Origin: an uncultured Actinomycetes bacterium
GTDB lineage: Bacteria > Actinomycetota > Thermoleophilia > Gaiellales > JAICJC01
Length of the DNA: 64,000 nt
Assembly: GCA_963706075.1 (NCBI GenBank)
Contig: CAVPLP010000001.1
Location: forward strand, 836,541 to 900,540
Direction of reading: 5' to 3'
The position numbers were made by a program, and so were the translations under genes. Positions 54,076-63,476 of the stretch are shown here, piece by piece; position 1 is the first letter of the stretch, and each line of letters opens with the position of its first letter. The notes beneath the pieces were generated by a model. The model ran no database searches, was not told the origin of the DNA, and saw nothing but the letters and a program-made list of their open reading frames with translations.

Positions 54076-55217
54076 CGCTCTCGAGCAGATGATCGACTCG
54101 CTGCTCTGGGAGGGCTACGCGCTCTACCCCTACACCCCGGGGGCGACCAAGAACGCGACGCCGACGCCGTTCGGCATCGTCTACCCGCCCGTCTATGCGT
54201 CCGGCGCCGCGACCACGTTCGACCACCTCGAGCTGCGGTGCGTCCTGGCGGCATCGGCCGACGCCGTCCTCGACGCCGAGGTCCGCTTCCTGGCCGCCGC
54301 CGGTGACCGGCACGAGGGATCGGCCCGGCGGGTCGCGCTTCCGCCGGCCTCTGCGGCCGACCTGGCGCGCGCGCCGGCCGAGCACGAGACCGAGGTGTCG
54401 GCCGAGGGCGCCGCCGACCCGCTCGTCGTCTGTCTGCGCCTCTCCGCAGAGGCGCTGGGCGACGGGATGTTCGAGGTCGCCCTGCGGGTCGAGAACCGCA
54501 CCGTGTGCGCCGAGGGGCTCGACCGGGCCGGCGCCCTCGCCCGGTCGCTGCTCTCGACGCCATCCCGTGCTGCGGGTCGCCGGCGGGCGGTTCATCTCGC
54601 CGCTCGAGCGGCCGTGCGCCAGCGTCAACACCTTCCCGGTGCTCGCCGCGGCGGCCGACGACGCCGTCCTCGGTGCGGCGATCGTCCTCCCCGACCACCC
54701 GCAGATCGCGCCCGAGAGCCGGGGCGGCCTCTTCGACTCGACCGAGATCGAGGAGGCGCTGCTCCTGCACGTGAAGACGCTGAGCGACGCCGAGCGCGAG
54801 GAGATCGAGCGCGCCGATCCCGCGGTGCGCGACATGGTGGCGCGGGCGGCGGCGGCGACCGCCGAAGACATCTCCGCGCTTCACGGGCGGATGACGCTGC
54901 GCGACCCGGTCACCGTCGCTCCGCCCGAGCCGCCCCCCGGCCTGGCCGATCCCAGCGCCGGAGAGCACCAGGCCGCGGTCGACGGCGTCACGTTCCGCAG
55001 GGGCGGGCGCGTCAGGCTCCGGCCCGGCCCGGACGCCGACCTGCACGCGCGCCTGCTCGACGGCCGCACGGCCACGATCGAGCGGATCTTCGTCGACTAC
55101 GACGGCAAGACGCATCTGGGCGTCACCATCGACGACGATCCCGGCCAGGAGCTGATGCGCGAGACCAACCGGTTCCTGTTCTTCTTCGCACCCGAGGTGG
55201 AGGTGATCGAGCCATGA
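54068..55217 (+). pseudogene. Conserved hydrogenase-locus hypothetical protein, frameshifted as sequenced
   Basis: The N-terminal part, VPDALEQMIDSLLWEGYALYPYTPGATKNATP...ARSLLST, is in the frame of ORF 54020..55732. The continuation, HPVLRVAGGRFISPLE...RFLFFFAPEVEVIEP*, is in ORF 54195..55217. There is an extra C at about 54557-54562 (ACGCCATCCC). Confidence 0.65.
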
Positions 55218-55732
55218 GCTCCGAGCGCGAGACGCGGATCCTCGTGGCCGGCGTGGGCAACGCCTGGCTGCGCGACGACGGCTTCGGCGGCGAGGTGGCG
55301 CGGCGCCTTGCCGAGCGCGACATGCCTCCCGGCGTGGCCGTGATGGACGCCGGCACCGGCGGGCTCGACCTCGCCTACGAGGTCATGCGGGGCTACGACG
55401 CGCTCGTGATCCTCGACGTCAGCCGCCAGGGCGGCACGCCGGGCACGCTGTACGTCATGGAGCCCGACGAGGAGTCCGTCGACGGCAAGATCGAGGACGG
55501 CCAGACCATCAACCCCCACGGGATGGACCCGCAGACCATGCTGCGGTTCATCAAGTCGATCGGCGCGTGGCCCGGCCGCGTGCTGGTGATCGCCTGCGAG
55601 CCCGAGGACGTCTCCGAGCTTGGGTTCGGCCTCTCGGAGCAGGTGGAGGCCGCCGTGGAGCGTGCGATCGAGCTCGTCGTCGAGACCGTCGAGGAGCTCC
55701 GTGCCGGCGTGCCCGTGCAGGAGGCGGGGTGA
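55214..55732 (+). CDS. hupD: Hydrogenase maturation endopeptidase (HupD/HyaD family)
   Basis: Tail of ORF 54020..55732; ATG 55214 (ATGA overlap). ILVAGVGNAWLRDDGFG...ILDV...HGMDP. Confidence 0.88.
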   Translation: MSSERETRILVAGVGNAWLRDDGFGGEVARRLAERDMPPGVAVMDAGTGGLDLAYEVMRGYDALVILDVSRQGGTPGTLYVMEPDEESVDGKIEDGQTINPHGMDPQTMLRFIKSIGAWPGRVLVIACEPEDVSELGFGLSEQVEAAVERAIELVVETVEELRAGVPVQEAG

Positions 55733-55736
55733 CGCG

Positions 55737-56093
55737 ATGCACGAGCTGTCCCTCAGCAGTGCGATCGTGAACACGGTCGTGAAGCACGCCGAGGGGCGCC
55801 GTGTGACCGTCGTCAGCCTGCGGGTGGGGCGCCTGCGGCAGGTCGTCCCGGATACGCTCGCGTTCTACTTCGACTTCGTCGCGCGCGACACGGTGTGCGA
55901 GGGCGCCCGGCTCGAGCAGGAGATCGTCGAGGCGCGCCTCAGGTGCCATCCGTGTGCGCTCGAGTGGCCGATCGAGATCCCGGCGTTCCGCTGCCCGACG
56001 TGTGGCGGCAGCGACGTCGGCGTGGCGAGCGGCAACGAGTTCGAGGTGGAGTCCATCGAGGTCGAGGAGGCCGCATGCATCGCACAAAGGTGA
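55737..56093 (+). CDS. hypA: Hydrogenase nickel insertion protein HypA
   Basis: Inner ATG of ORF 55620..56093. MHELSLSSAIV (MHE start); zinc motif CHPC...CPTCGG. Confidence 0.92.
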   Translation: MHELSLSSAIVNTVVKHAEGRRVTVVSLRVGRLRQVVPDTLAFYFDFVARDTVCEGARLEQEIVEARLRCHPCALEWPIEIPAFRCPTCGGSDVGVASGNEFEVESIEVEEAACIAQR

Positions 56094-56755
56094 AGGTCGT
56101 CGAGGAGGCGCTCGACGCCAACAACACGATCGCGCGGGCCAACCGGGCCGACTTCGACCGCGCGGGCGTCAAGGTCGTGAACTTCATGAGCGCGCCCGGC
56201 GCCGGCAAGACGACGCTCCTCGAGCGGGTCGTCGCGAGCGTCCCGGGCGTGCGCGTCGGCGTGCTGGAGGGTGACGTGCAGGGCTCGATGGACGCCGACC
56301 GGCTTGCGAGCCTGCACGTGCCCGTCACCCAGCTCAACACGGATCCGGGCTTCGGCGGCGAGTGCCACCTCGACGCGAACATGGTGCGCTCGGCCCTGGG
56401 TGCGCTGCCCCTTGACGAGATCGACCTGCTCGTCATCGAGAACGTCGGCAACCTCGTCTGCCCGGCCGAGTTCCGCGTCGGCGAGGACCGCCGCGTCATG
56501 GTGGCCTCCGTCACCGAGGGCGAGGACAAGCCGCTCAAGTACCCGCTGATGTTCCGCACGTGCGACCTGGTGCTGGTCAACAAGATCGACCTCCTGCCGC
56601 ACCTCGACTACGACCTGGACCGGTTCCTCTACAACCTCGATCACGTCCACCCCGACGTCGAGCGGATCCTCGTGAGCGCGCGGACCGGCGACGGGATCGG
56701 TGCATGGCGCGATTGGCTGTCGGCGGTGGCGGCGCGGGAGGAGGCGCTTGCGTGA
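56075..56755 (+). CDS. hypB: Hydrogenase nickel-incorporation GTPase HypB
   Basis: Within ORF 55895..56755; ATG 56075. P-loop SAPGAGKTTLLE; ENVGNLVCPA; NKIDLL. Confidence 0.92.
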   Translation: MHRTKVKVVEEALDANNTIARANRADFDRAGVKVVNFMSAPGAGKTTLLERVVASVPGVRVGVLEGDVQGSMDADRLASLHVPVTQLNTDPGFGGECHLDANMVRSALGALPLDEIDLLVIENVGNLVCPAEFRVGEDRRVMVASVTEGEDKPLKYPLMFRTCDLVLVNKIDLLPHLDYDLDRFLYNLDHVHPDVERILVSARTGDGIGAWRDWLSAVAAREEALA

Positions 56756-57981
56756 AGGCCGCCCTCTCCGGTGGCTCCGCCGCGCGGCTGGATGAGCTTC
56801 TCGAGCAGCGCACCGAGGCGAACAGCACGTTCTTCGCCGCCGAGTCGGAGCGGCTCGCGCGGCTCTGCCATCTGACCGCCGAGCGCTTCGCCCGCGGCGG
56901 CCGGCTGATCGCGTTCGGCATGTCGCCGTCGGCGCGCTCGGACGCCCGCCACGTCGCGGTCGAGTTCGTTCATCCCGTGATCGTCGGCAAGCGGGCGCTG
57001 CCCGCCATCGGCCTCGCAGGCGAGGGAGGCGACCTCGCGCGCCAGGTCGACCTGCTCGCGCGCCCGGACGACATCGCGATCGCGTTCGGGGCCGACGAGG
57101 ACGAGGGCGAGGCGGCCCGCGCGCTGTCCGTCGCCCGCAGCCGGGGCTGCCTGACGATCGCGTTCTGCCCGTGCGAAGCCGACTGGGTGTTCGAGCCGCC
57201 GACGCCGGACCCGTACATCCGCCAGGAGCTCGTCGAGACGCTGTACCACGTGCTGTGGGAGCTCGTGCACGTCTTCTTCGACCACCGCGGACTGCTCGAG
57301 GGCCGCGACGCCCGCCGCACGCACGACGCCGGCGCGTCGAGCTTCCTGTACCCGTTCCTGGCCGAGCACGAGGACGACCTCGAGCCCGTCGTCGACGACG
57401 TCCGGCGATCGGCGCTCATGAAGGCGGCGGAGGTCGGCGCGCTGCGGTCGCAGACGCTGACCGACAATCGCGATGCGCTGCTCGCGGCGGCGGCGGCCCT
57501 GCGGGCGAGCTTCGAGCAGGGCGGCAAGCTCCTGGCCTTCGGCAACGGCGGCTCGGCCACCGACGCGATGGACGTGGTCGCCGACTTCCGTCGCGCCGAC
57601 GGGTCGGAGCGGGCGTACCCGGCGATCGACCTGACCGAGGACTCGGCGATCCTGACCGCGATCGCCAACGACATCGGCACCGAGGCGATGTTCGCGCGGC
57701 AGGTGATCGCCTACGGCCTCGAGGGCGACGTGCTGCTCGCCCTCTCGACGTCGGGCAACTCGCCGAACGTCGTCGCGGCGCTCGTCGAAGCGCGGCGCCG
57801 CGGGCTCGTCACGATCGCGATGGTCGGGTACGACGGCGGACGGGTGGCGTCGGAGTCGCTCGCCGACCACGTCGTCGTCACCTCCTCCGAGCACATCCCC
57901 CGCATCCAGGAGGCCCAGGCGAGCGCCTACCACGTGCTTCGGGGCCTCGTCGGGCCGCCGCCCGCAGGGGCGGTGCCGTGA
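56752..57981 (+). CDS. Tandem SIS-domain protein (GmhA-like x2) of group 1h loci
   Basis: Within ORF 56560..57981; GTG 56752 (GTGA overlap). Two SIS-like halves (GGRLIAFGMSPSARSDARH..., GGKLLAFGNGGSATDAMD...LSTSGNSPNV). Confidence 0.75.
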   Translation: MKAALSGGSAARLDELLEQRTEANSTFFAAESERLARLCHLTAERFARGGRLIAFGMSPSARSDARHVAVEFVHPVIVGKRALPAIGLAGEGGDLARQVDLLARPDDIAIAFGADEDEGEAARALSVARSRGCLTIAFCPCEADWVFEPPTPDPYIRQELVETLYHVLWELVHVFFDHRGLLEGRDARRTHDAGASSFLYPFLAEHEDDLEPVVDDVRRSALMKAAEVGALRSQTLTDNRDALLAAAAALRASFEQGGKLLAFGNGGSATDAMDVVADFRRADGSERAYPAIDLTEDSAILTAIANDIGTEAMFARQVIAYGLEGDVLLALSTSGNSPNVVAALVEARRRGLVTIAMVGYDGGRVASESLADHVVVTSSEHIPRIQEAQASAYHVLRGLVGPPPAGAVP

Positions 57982-60308
57982 CCGTGGCGACCCGCCGGAG
58001 GTCCCATGTGCGGGTGGAGGGCGTGGTGCAGGGCGTGGGCTTCCGCCCCTACGTCTACCGGCTGGCGGGCGAGCTGGGGCTGACGGGGTTCGTCCTGAAC
58101 GATCCGCACGGCGTGCTCCTCGAGGTCGAGGGCAGCGAGACGGCGGTTGAGCGGTTCCTCGCCCGGCTCGGACCGGACGCCCCGCCGCTCGCCTCGATCG
58201 AGCGCGTGGTCGCCGAGGACCGCGAGCCCATCGGCCACTCGAGCTTCCAGATCGTCGAGAGCCGGGACGGCGGCGCGCCGGACGCGCAGGTCACGCCCGA
58301 CAGCGCGACCTGCGACGACTGCCTCCGCGAGCTTTGCGACCCGCACGACCGCCGGTTCCGCTACCCGTTCATCAACTGCACGAACTGCGGCCCGCGGTTC
58401 ACGATCGTCAAGGGCATCCCCTACGACCGGCCGTTCACGACGATGGCCGGCTTTCGCATGTGCGGCCCCTGCCGGGACGAGTACGACGATCCGGCGAACC
58501 GCCGCTTCCATGCGCAGCCGAACGCCTGCCCGGCGTGCGGGCCCTTGGCCTCGCTGCTCCTCCCGGGCGGCGCTGAGGCTCCGATCGGCGGCGCGCGCGA
58601 CCCGGTCGCCGCCGCCGCCGCCGCGCTGCGCGAGGGGCGCATCGTGGCGATCAAGGGCATCGGCGGCTTCCACCTTGCCTGCCGGGCCGACGACGAGGCG
58701 GCGGTGGCGGCTCTGCGCGCTCGCAAGCAGCGCGAGGACAAGCCGTTCGCGTTGATGGTGCCCTCGCTCGACGCTGCCGCCCTGTTCGTCCGCGTGGGCC
58801 AGAGCGAGCGGCTGCTGCTCGCGAGCGCCGCCCGCCCGATCGTGCTCTGCCCGCGGCTCGAGACCGCGGACGTGGCGCCTTCGGTGGCCCCCGGGGCGCC
58901 CGAGTTGGGCGTGATGATGCCGTACTCGCCCCTGCACCATGTGCTGCTCGCGGACTTCTCCGGCCCGGCGCTCGTCATGACCAGCGGGAACGTGTCGGAC
59001 GAGCCCATCGCCTACCGCGACGAGGACGCGCTGGAGCGTCTGGCCGGCATCGCAGACCTGTTCCTCGTCCACGATCGGCCCATCCAGACACGCACCGACG
59101 ATTCGGTGCTCCGCGTCGTCGCCGCTCCGGACGGGGCCCGCCGGGTGATCCTGCGGCGGTCGCGCGGGTACGTCCCGGCCAGCATGACGCTCCCCGACGC
59201 CGCCGAGCGGCCGATCCTCGCGTGCGGGGCGGAGCTCAAGAACACGTTCTGCGTCGCCAGAGGGACGCGGGCCTGGGTGGGGCACCACATCGGCGATCTC
59301 GAGAACTACGAGACGCTCCTGTCGTTCATCGAAGGGGTCGAGCATCTCGAGCGGCTGTTCGCGGTGACGCCGGAGGTCGTCGCTCACGACCTCCATCCCG
59401 AGTACCTCTCGACCAAGTACGCGGTCGAGCGCGACGGCGTGGAGCTCGTGGGCGTCCAGCACCACCACGCGCACCTGGCCGCGACCCTCGCCGAGCACGG
59501 CGAGCCGGGAACGGCGGTGGGCGCGATCTTCGACGGGTCGGGGTACGGAACCGACGGCACCGTCTGGGGTGGGGAGATCCTCTGCGGCGACCTCACCGGC
59601 TTCGAGCGGGTCGGCATGCTCCGGCCGGTCCGGCTCCCGGGCGGCACGGCGGCGATCCGGGAGCCCTGGCGGATGGCGTGCGCCTGGCTGGCGGCCGTCA
59701 CCGAATCGGACGATCCGGACGAGCCGCCGCCGCTCCCGCCGTGGATGGCCGAGACCGTCGATGAGCGCACGTGGGGTCACGTCGCCGGGCTGGCCCGGAC
59801 CGGCCTCAGCTCACCTGTGACGACCAGCATGGGCAGGCTCTTCGACGCCGCGGCGGCGCTCTCGGGGCTCCGGACGCACGTGAACTACGAGGGCCAGGCG
59901 GCGATCGAGCTCGAGGCGGCGTGCGACCCCGCCGAGCGGGGCCGCTACCCGATCTCCGTCGAGACCGGGCAGCTCCTCGAGATCGATCCGCGCGACACGA
60001 TCCGGGCCCTCATGGCCGACGTCGACGCGGGTGTCCCCCGCGGCGTCGTTGCGAGCCGGTTCCACGCGGCGGTCGCGTTCGCGACGGTCGAGGCCTGCTC
60101 CCGCGCCGCGCTCGTGCACCGCACCGACCGGATCGTGCTGTCGGGGGGCGTGTTCCAGAACCGGCGCCTGATCGAGGCCGTCGCGGCGGGCCTGCGCGCG
60201 GCGGGCCTGCGCGTCCTCGTGCCCGAGCGGCTGCCCGTCAACGACGGCGGCATCTCCTACGGCCAGGCCGCGGTTGCGGCGCGTCAGATGTCGGCGGCGG
60301 GAAGGTAG
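57978..60308 (+). CDS. hypF: Carbamoyltransferase HypF
   Basis: Within ORF 57171..60308; GTG 57978 (GTGA overlap). Acylphosphatase domain VEGVVQGVGFRPYVYRLA; zinc fingers CDDCLREL...INCTNCGPRF and CGPCRDEY...CPACGP; YrdC-like and Kae1-like C-terminal domains. Confidence 0.93.
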   Translation: MTVATRRRSHVRVEGVVQGVGFRPYVYRLAGELGLTGFVLNDPHGVLLEVEGSETAVERFLARLGPDAPPLASIERVVAEDREPIGHSSFQIVESRDGGAPDAQVTPDSATCDDCLRELCDPHDRRFRYPFINCTNCGPRFTIVKGIPYDRPFTTMAGFRMCGPCRDEYDDPANRRFHAQPNACPACGPLASLLLPGGAEAPIGGARDPVAAAAAALREGRIVAIKGIGGFHLACRADDEAAVAALRARKQREDKPFALMVPSLDAAALFVRVGQSERLLLASAARPIVLCPRLETADVAPSVAPGAPELGVMMPYSPLHHVLLADFSGPALVMTSGNVSDEPIAYRDEDALERLAGIADLFLVHDRPIQTRTDDSVLRVVAAPDGARRVILRRSRGYVPASMTLPDAAERPILACGAELKNTFCVARGTRAWVGHHIGDLENYETLLSFIEGVEHLERLFAVTPEVVAHDLHPEYLSTKYAVERDGVELVGVQHHHAHLAATLAEHGEPGTAVGAIFDGSGYGTDGTVWGGEILCGDLTGFERVGMLRPVRLPGGTAAIREPWRMACAWLAAVTESDDPDEPPPLPPWMAETVDERTWGHVAGLARTGLSSPVTTSMGRLFDAAAALSGLRTHVNYEGQAAIELEAACDPAERGRYPISVETGQLLEIDPRDTIRALMADVDAGVPRGVVASRFHAAVAFATVEACSRAALVHRTDRIVLSGGVFQNRRLIEAVAAGLRAAGLRVLVPERLPVNDGGISYGQAAVAARQMSAAGR

Positions 60309-60362
60309 GCCCATCGATGGCCAGCGCCCCCGTGACCCGCGACGAGATCGTCGCAGCGGCAG

Positions 60363-60611
60363 GTGTTCATCCGCGGCGCGAACCGGCCGTTCGGCGAGTT
60401 CACCCTCGACGACGCCCGCGAGCGTGCCGACGAGCTGCGCGCGGCGACGGGGTGGGGCCCGACGGCGCGCGTCGCAGCGGTGGCGATGGCATGGCGTGAG
60501 CTCGCGACGGCCATGGAGCGCGCCGGCGCCGCCACCGTGGCCGACCTCGACGCCGAGGTCGTGGTCGAGCTGGCGCCGAAGCTGTGGGTGGTTCTGCCGG
60601 GCTCCCGGTGA
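60363..60611 (+). CDS. Small hypothetical protein following hypF
   Basis: ORF 60363..60611 (GTG): FIRGANRPFGEFTLDDARERADELRAATGW... An upstream ATG at 60317 (MASAPVTRDEIVAAAG) in another frame would join it if one base near 60360 is spurious. Confidence 0.4.
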   Translation: MFIRGANRPFGEFTLDDARERADELRAATGWGPTARVAAVAMAWRELATAMERAGAATVADLDAEVVVELAPKLWVVLPGSR

Positions 60612-60615
60612 GCGA

Positions 60616-61092
60616 TCAGCGGTCGATGTCGAATGTCTCCCGGAAGGCGACGGAGGTGGCGCGCGTCGCCGAGATCTGGCCTCGCGCCCGGTCATACCGA
60701 CCCGTACCGCCGTCGATCGAGATCGCGAGCGTCGCGGCGCCGGTCGCGGCCACGAAGGTCGTGCTCAGCGTCCCGTGTGCCAGCGAGACGACCGAGCTGC
60801 ACAGGTTGCGCCCTGCGAGCAGGGCCGTGCAGTGCCCGTTCACGCCCCCGACCGTGTCGCCGGACGCGTCCGTCAGGACGCTGTGGAAGATGAACTCATC
60901 GCCCGGCGTGGGTGTTCCGGAGCCGTCGACATCGACGCTCGCCCGGGCGGTCGTCGTCTCCGTAAGGATGAGTTCGCCGCGCGCGGCCGAGCCACCGGCG
61001 TGCGCGATGGACGCTCCGCCGCCGGCGATGGCGACGATCGCGGCCACGATCGACACGGCCAGCGCCCGCCGCTTCGTGCCACTGGTGCCCAT
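60616..61092 (-). CDS. Secreted hypothetical protein (beta-rich, Thr/Gly/Ala-rich)
   Basis: ORF 60616..61092. Signal peptide MGTSGTKRRALAVSIVAAIVAIAGGGASIAHA. No family recognised. Confidence 0.55.
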   Translation of the reverse strand: MGTSGTKRRALAVSIVAAIVAIAGGGASIAHAGGSAARGELILTETTTARASVDVDGSGTPTPGDEFIFHSVLTDASGDTVGGVNGHCTALLAGRNLCSSVVSLAHGTLSTTFVAATGAATLAISIDGGTGRYDRARGQISATRATSVAFRETFDIDR

Positions 61093-61182
61093 TGTCCCGT
61101 CCTTTCTCGTGGCGGAAGTGACAATCGCCCATCATCGCACGTTTGGCAGGCCCGGCCGACCCGTCCTTCACGACCTCGCTAG

Positions 61183-61875
61183 CTACGCCACCTGCGACTT
61201 CACGTGCGCGATGTAGCCGCGCACGTCGCCCGCCGGCTCCGTGTAGGCGTCTCCGAGCGACCGCTCCATGGCCGCCATGTACTCGGTGAGCCACTCGGGC
61301 GCGTCGTAGTCGATCGCCTTCAGGAACTCGAGCGACGCCGCCAGGCGCATGTCTGCGATCGACGGCTCCGATCCGCCGATGAACGTCTTTCCGCCCATGA
61401 AGAACGTGTGGAAGACCTCGAGCGGCTCGGCGAGCGCCGTCTCGGCCGCCCGCTGGGCGTCGGCCTTCGCGTCGGCGTCCGCGTCGGACGCGCCGACCTC
61501 GCCCGGATACTGCGGGAAGCCGAGCGCCGGATACGTGGCCCGCGCGAGAAGCGGATACAGGGTCGCGAGCAGGTAGCACATGGCGCTGTCGATCATCGCC
61601 CGCTCGCCCGCCTCGGTCGGATAGAAGCGCGCGAGCCCGTGCTTGTTGCAGAGGTACTGCATGATCGCGCAGCTCTCCCACAGCGCGCCCTTCGGCAGGC
61701 CCGCCTCCTCGATCGTCGGCGTCAGGTGGGCCGGGTTCATCTTGAGGAACTCGGACGAGGTCGTGACGCCCCAGGAGTCCACCTCTTCGAAGTCGAGTCC
61801 GGCGGCCCGCACGAAGATCCGGGCGGTCAGGTTGTTGACGCTCGGCTTCAGGATGTGGATCGTGATGTCGGCCAT
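61183..61875 (-). CDS. Glutathione S-transferase family protein
   Basis: ORF 61183..61875. Thioredoxin-like N-domain (NPAHLTPTIEE...LWESCAIMQYL) and a helical C-domain. Confidence 0.75.
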   Translation of the reverse strand: MADITIHILKPSVNNLTARIFVRAAGLDFEEVDSWGVTTSSEFLKMNPAHLTPTIEEAGLPKGALWESCAIMQYLCNKHGLARFYPTEAGERAMIDSAMCYLLATLYPLLARATYPALGFPQYPGEVGASDADADAKADAQRAAETALAEPLEVFHTFFMGGKTFIGGSEPSIADMRLAASLEFLKAIDYDAPEWLTEYMAAMERSLGDAYTEPAGDVRGYIAHVKSQVA

Positions 61876-61906
61876 GGTGTCCTCCCGGCCTGCCCCGCAG
61901 GCGCGC

Positions 61907-62488
61907 TCAGTAGGGGTCTTTGGGCGATCGGTCGTCGGAGAGCGACGGACGTGACGCGGTCACCAGCTCCTCGATCGCATCGGCCAGATGCACCTCGGCG
62001 ATGTTGTCGTCGCCGCGGGCCACGCGGATCCGGTGCGCCTCTCGCAGCACGTCGGCGTGAGCGTACCCGAACGGCGGCTCGAACCGATAGGACGCGAGCT
62101 CGATCAGGAGCCCGAGCGGGTCCTCGAAGTAGATCGAGTCCATGAAGCCGCGGTCCTTGACGCCGCTGTGGCGGATCCCGCGCTCCTCCAGCCGCTCGAC
62201 GGTCTGCGCGAACGTCGCGTGCGACAGCGAGAACGCCACGTGGTGGACGCAGCCCGGATCCGTCGGCGTCCGGGTCGGGTCCGGCGTGCGCTCCTCGTTC
62301 GTGAAGATCGTGATCAGGCGCCCGTCGCCGGGGTCGAAGTAGAGGTGGCTCTCGTGCTCGTTGTCGAGGTTCGGCTGCTCGAAGATGAAGGGCATGCCCA
62401 GCACGCCCTCCCAGAAGTCGATCGAGGTCTGCCGGTCGGCGCCCGTGATCGTGATGTGGTGGACGCCCTGGCTCTGGATCTTCCGCAC
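61907..62488 (-). CDS. VOC-family (glyoxalase/ring-cleaving dioxygenase-like) protein
   Basis: ORF 61907..62488. GVHHITITGADRQTSIDFWEGVLGM...VHHVAFS...SIYFEDPLGLLIELA. Confidence 0.75.
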   Translation of the reverse strand: MRKIQSQGVHHITITGADRQTSIDFWEGVLGMPFIFEQPNLDNEHESHLYFDPGDGRLITIFTNEERTPDPTRTPTDPGCVHHVAFSLSHATFAQTVERLEERGIRHSGVKDRGFMDSIYFEDPLGLLIELASYRFEPPFGYAHADVLREAHRIRVARGDDNIAEVHLADAIEELVTASRPSLSDDRSPKDPY

Positions 62489-62574
62489 GCGGCCAGTCTA
62501 GACCGCGGCCGCCTTTTCAAGATCTTTATCTCTTCCTCAGCGCTTCCTTACGTTTGGTGCCGATGGTTGCCCCG

Positions 62575-63476
62575 ATGCGCTCCAGGCTGGCCGGGGTTAT
62601 TGCAGGCGTGGTCGTTCTCGCCTTGCTGGGAACCGTCCCCGCCTACGCCTCGAAGGGGGCCTACTTCGGCACCGCCCTGAGCCAGTCCGGCGGCGAGTCG
62701 TCCGACACGCGCGCTGCTCTCGCTCGAGAGCGAGGTTGGGCGCCACTTTCACATGTACCGGCTCTACCGGCCGCTAAACGACACGACGCTCCGCGGCGGC
62801 GCCGCTCAGCTGATGAAGTCTCGCGGCCAACCGATCTACCTGAACATCACCTCGGAGATCGGCAATCGCTGCGTCTCGTGGCACTCGGTCGCCGCCGGCG
62901 CCTACAACGCTCAGCTGCACTCGATCGCCCGCCAGGTACGCAGGTACCACTACAAGGTCTTCTTCTCGTGGAACCACGAGATGCAGGGCAACTGCAAGAC
63001 CGGCACGGCGGCCGACTACCGGGCCAGCTACAAGCGCGTCCGAAAGGTGTTCAAGCAAGGAGCACGTCACGAATGCCGTGTGGGTGTGGGTCGTCGCTGC
63101 GGGCAACATCAACAACGACCCGGCGAAGGCCGCGAAGTTCCTGCCCGGGAAGGTCGACCTGATCGGCGTCGACGGCTACAACCGCGCCGGCGACTGGCGC
63201 GGCGTGAAGGAGATCTTCGCCGCCGCCCACAAGTTCGCGACGAACCATGGGCACCGGCTCTTCATCGGCGAGATCGGCTGCGCCGAGGATCCGTCCGACT
63301 CCACCGCCAAGGCTCGCTGGATCGCGAACGCGTACGACCTCTTCAGGGCGTGGGACGTGGCCGGGGTGGTGTGGTCGAACTTCGATCGCAACGAGGGCGA
63401 CTACCGCGTCCAGACGTCCGCCTCCGCACTTGCCGCCTACAAGCAGGCCGGCGACACGTCGTTCTACATGCGCTAG
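62575..63476 (+). pseudogene. Secreted glycoside hydrolase (GH26-like), two apparent frameshifts as sequenced
   Basis: - Signal peptide MRSRLAGVIAGVVVLALLGTVPAYA, in ORF 62554..63162.
- Middle part LESEVGRHFHMYRLYRPLND...FFSWNHEMQG...VRKVFKQ, in ORF 62753..63532.
- C-terminal part EHVTNAVWVWVVAAGN...LIGVDGYN...LFIGEIGC...YMR*, in ORF 63078..63476.
The shifts lie near 62690-62720 and 63053-63062. Confidence 0.6.
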
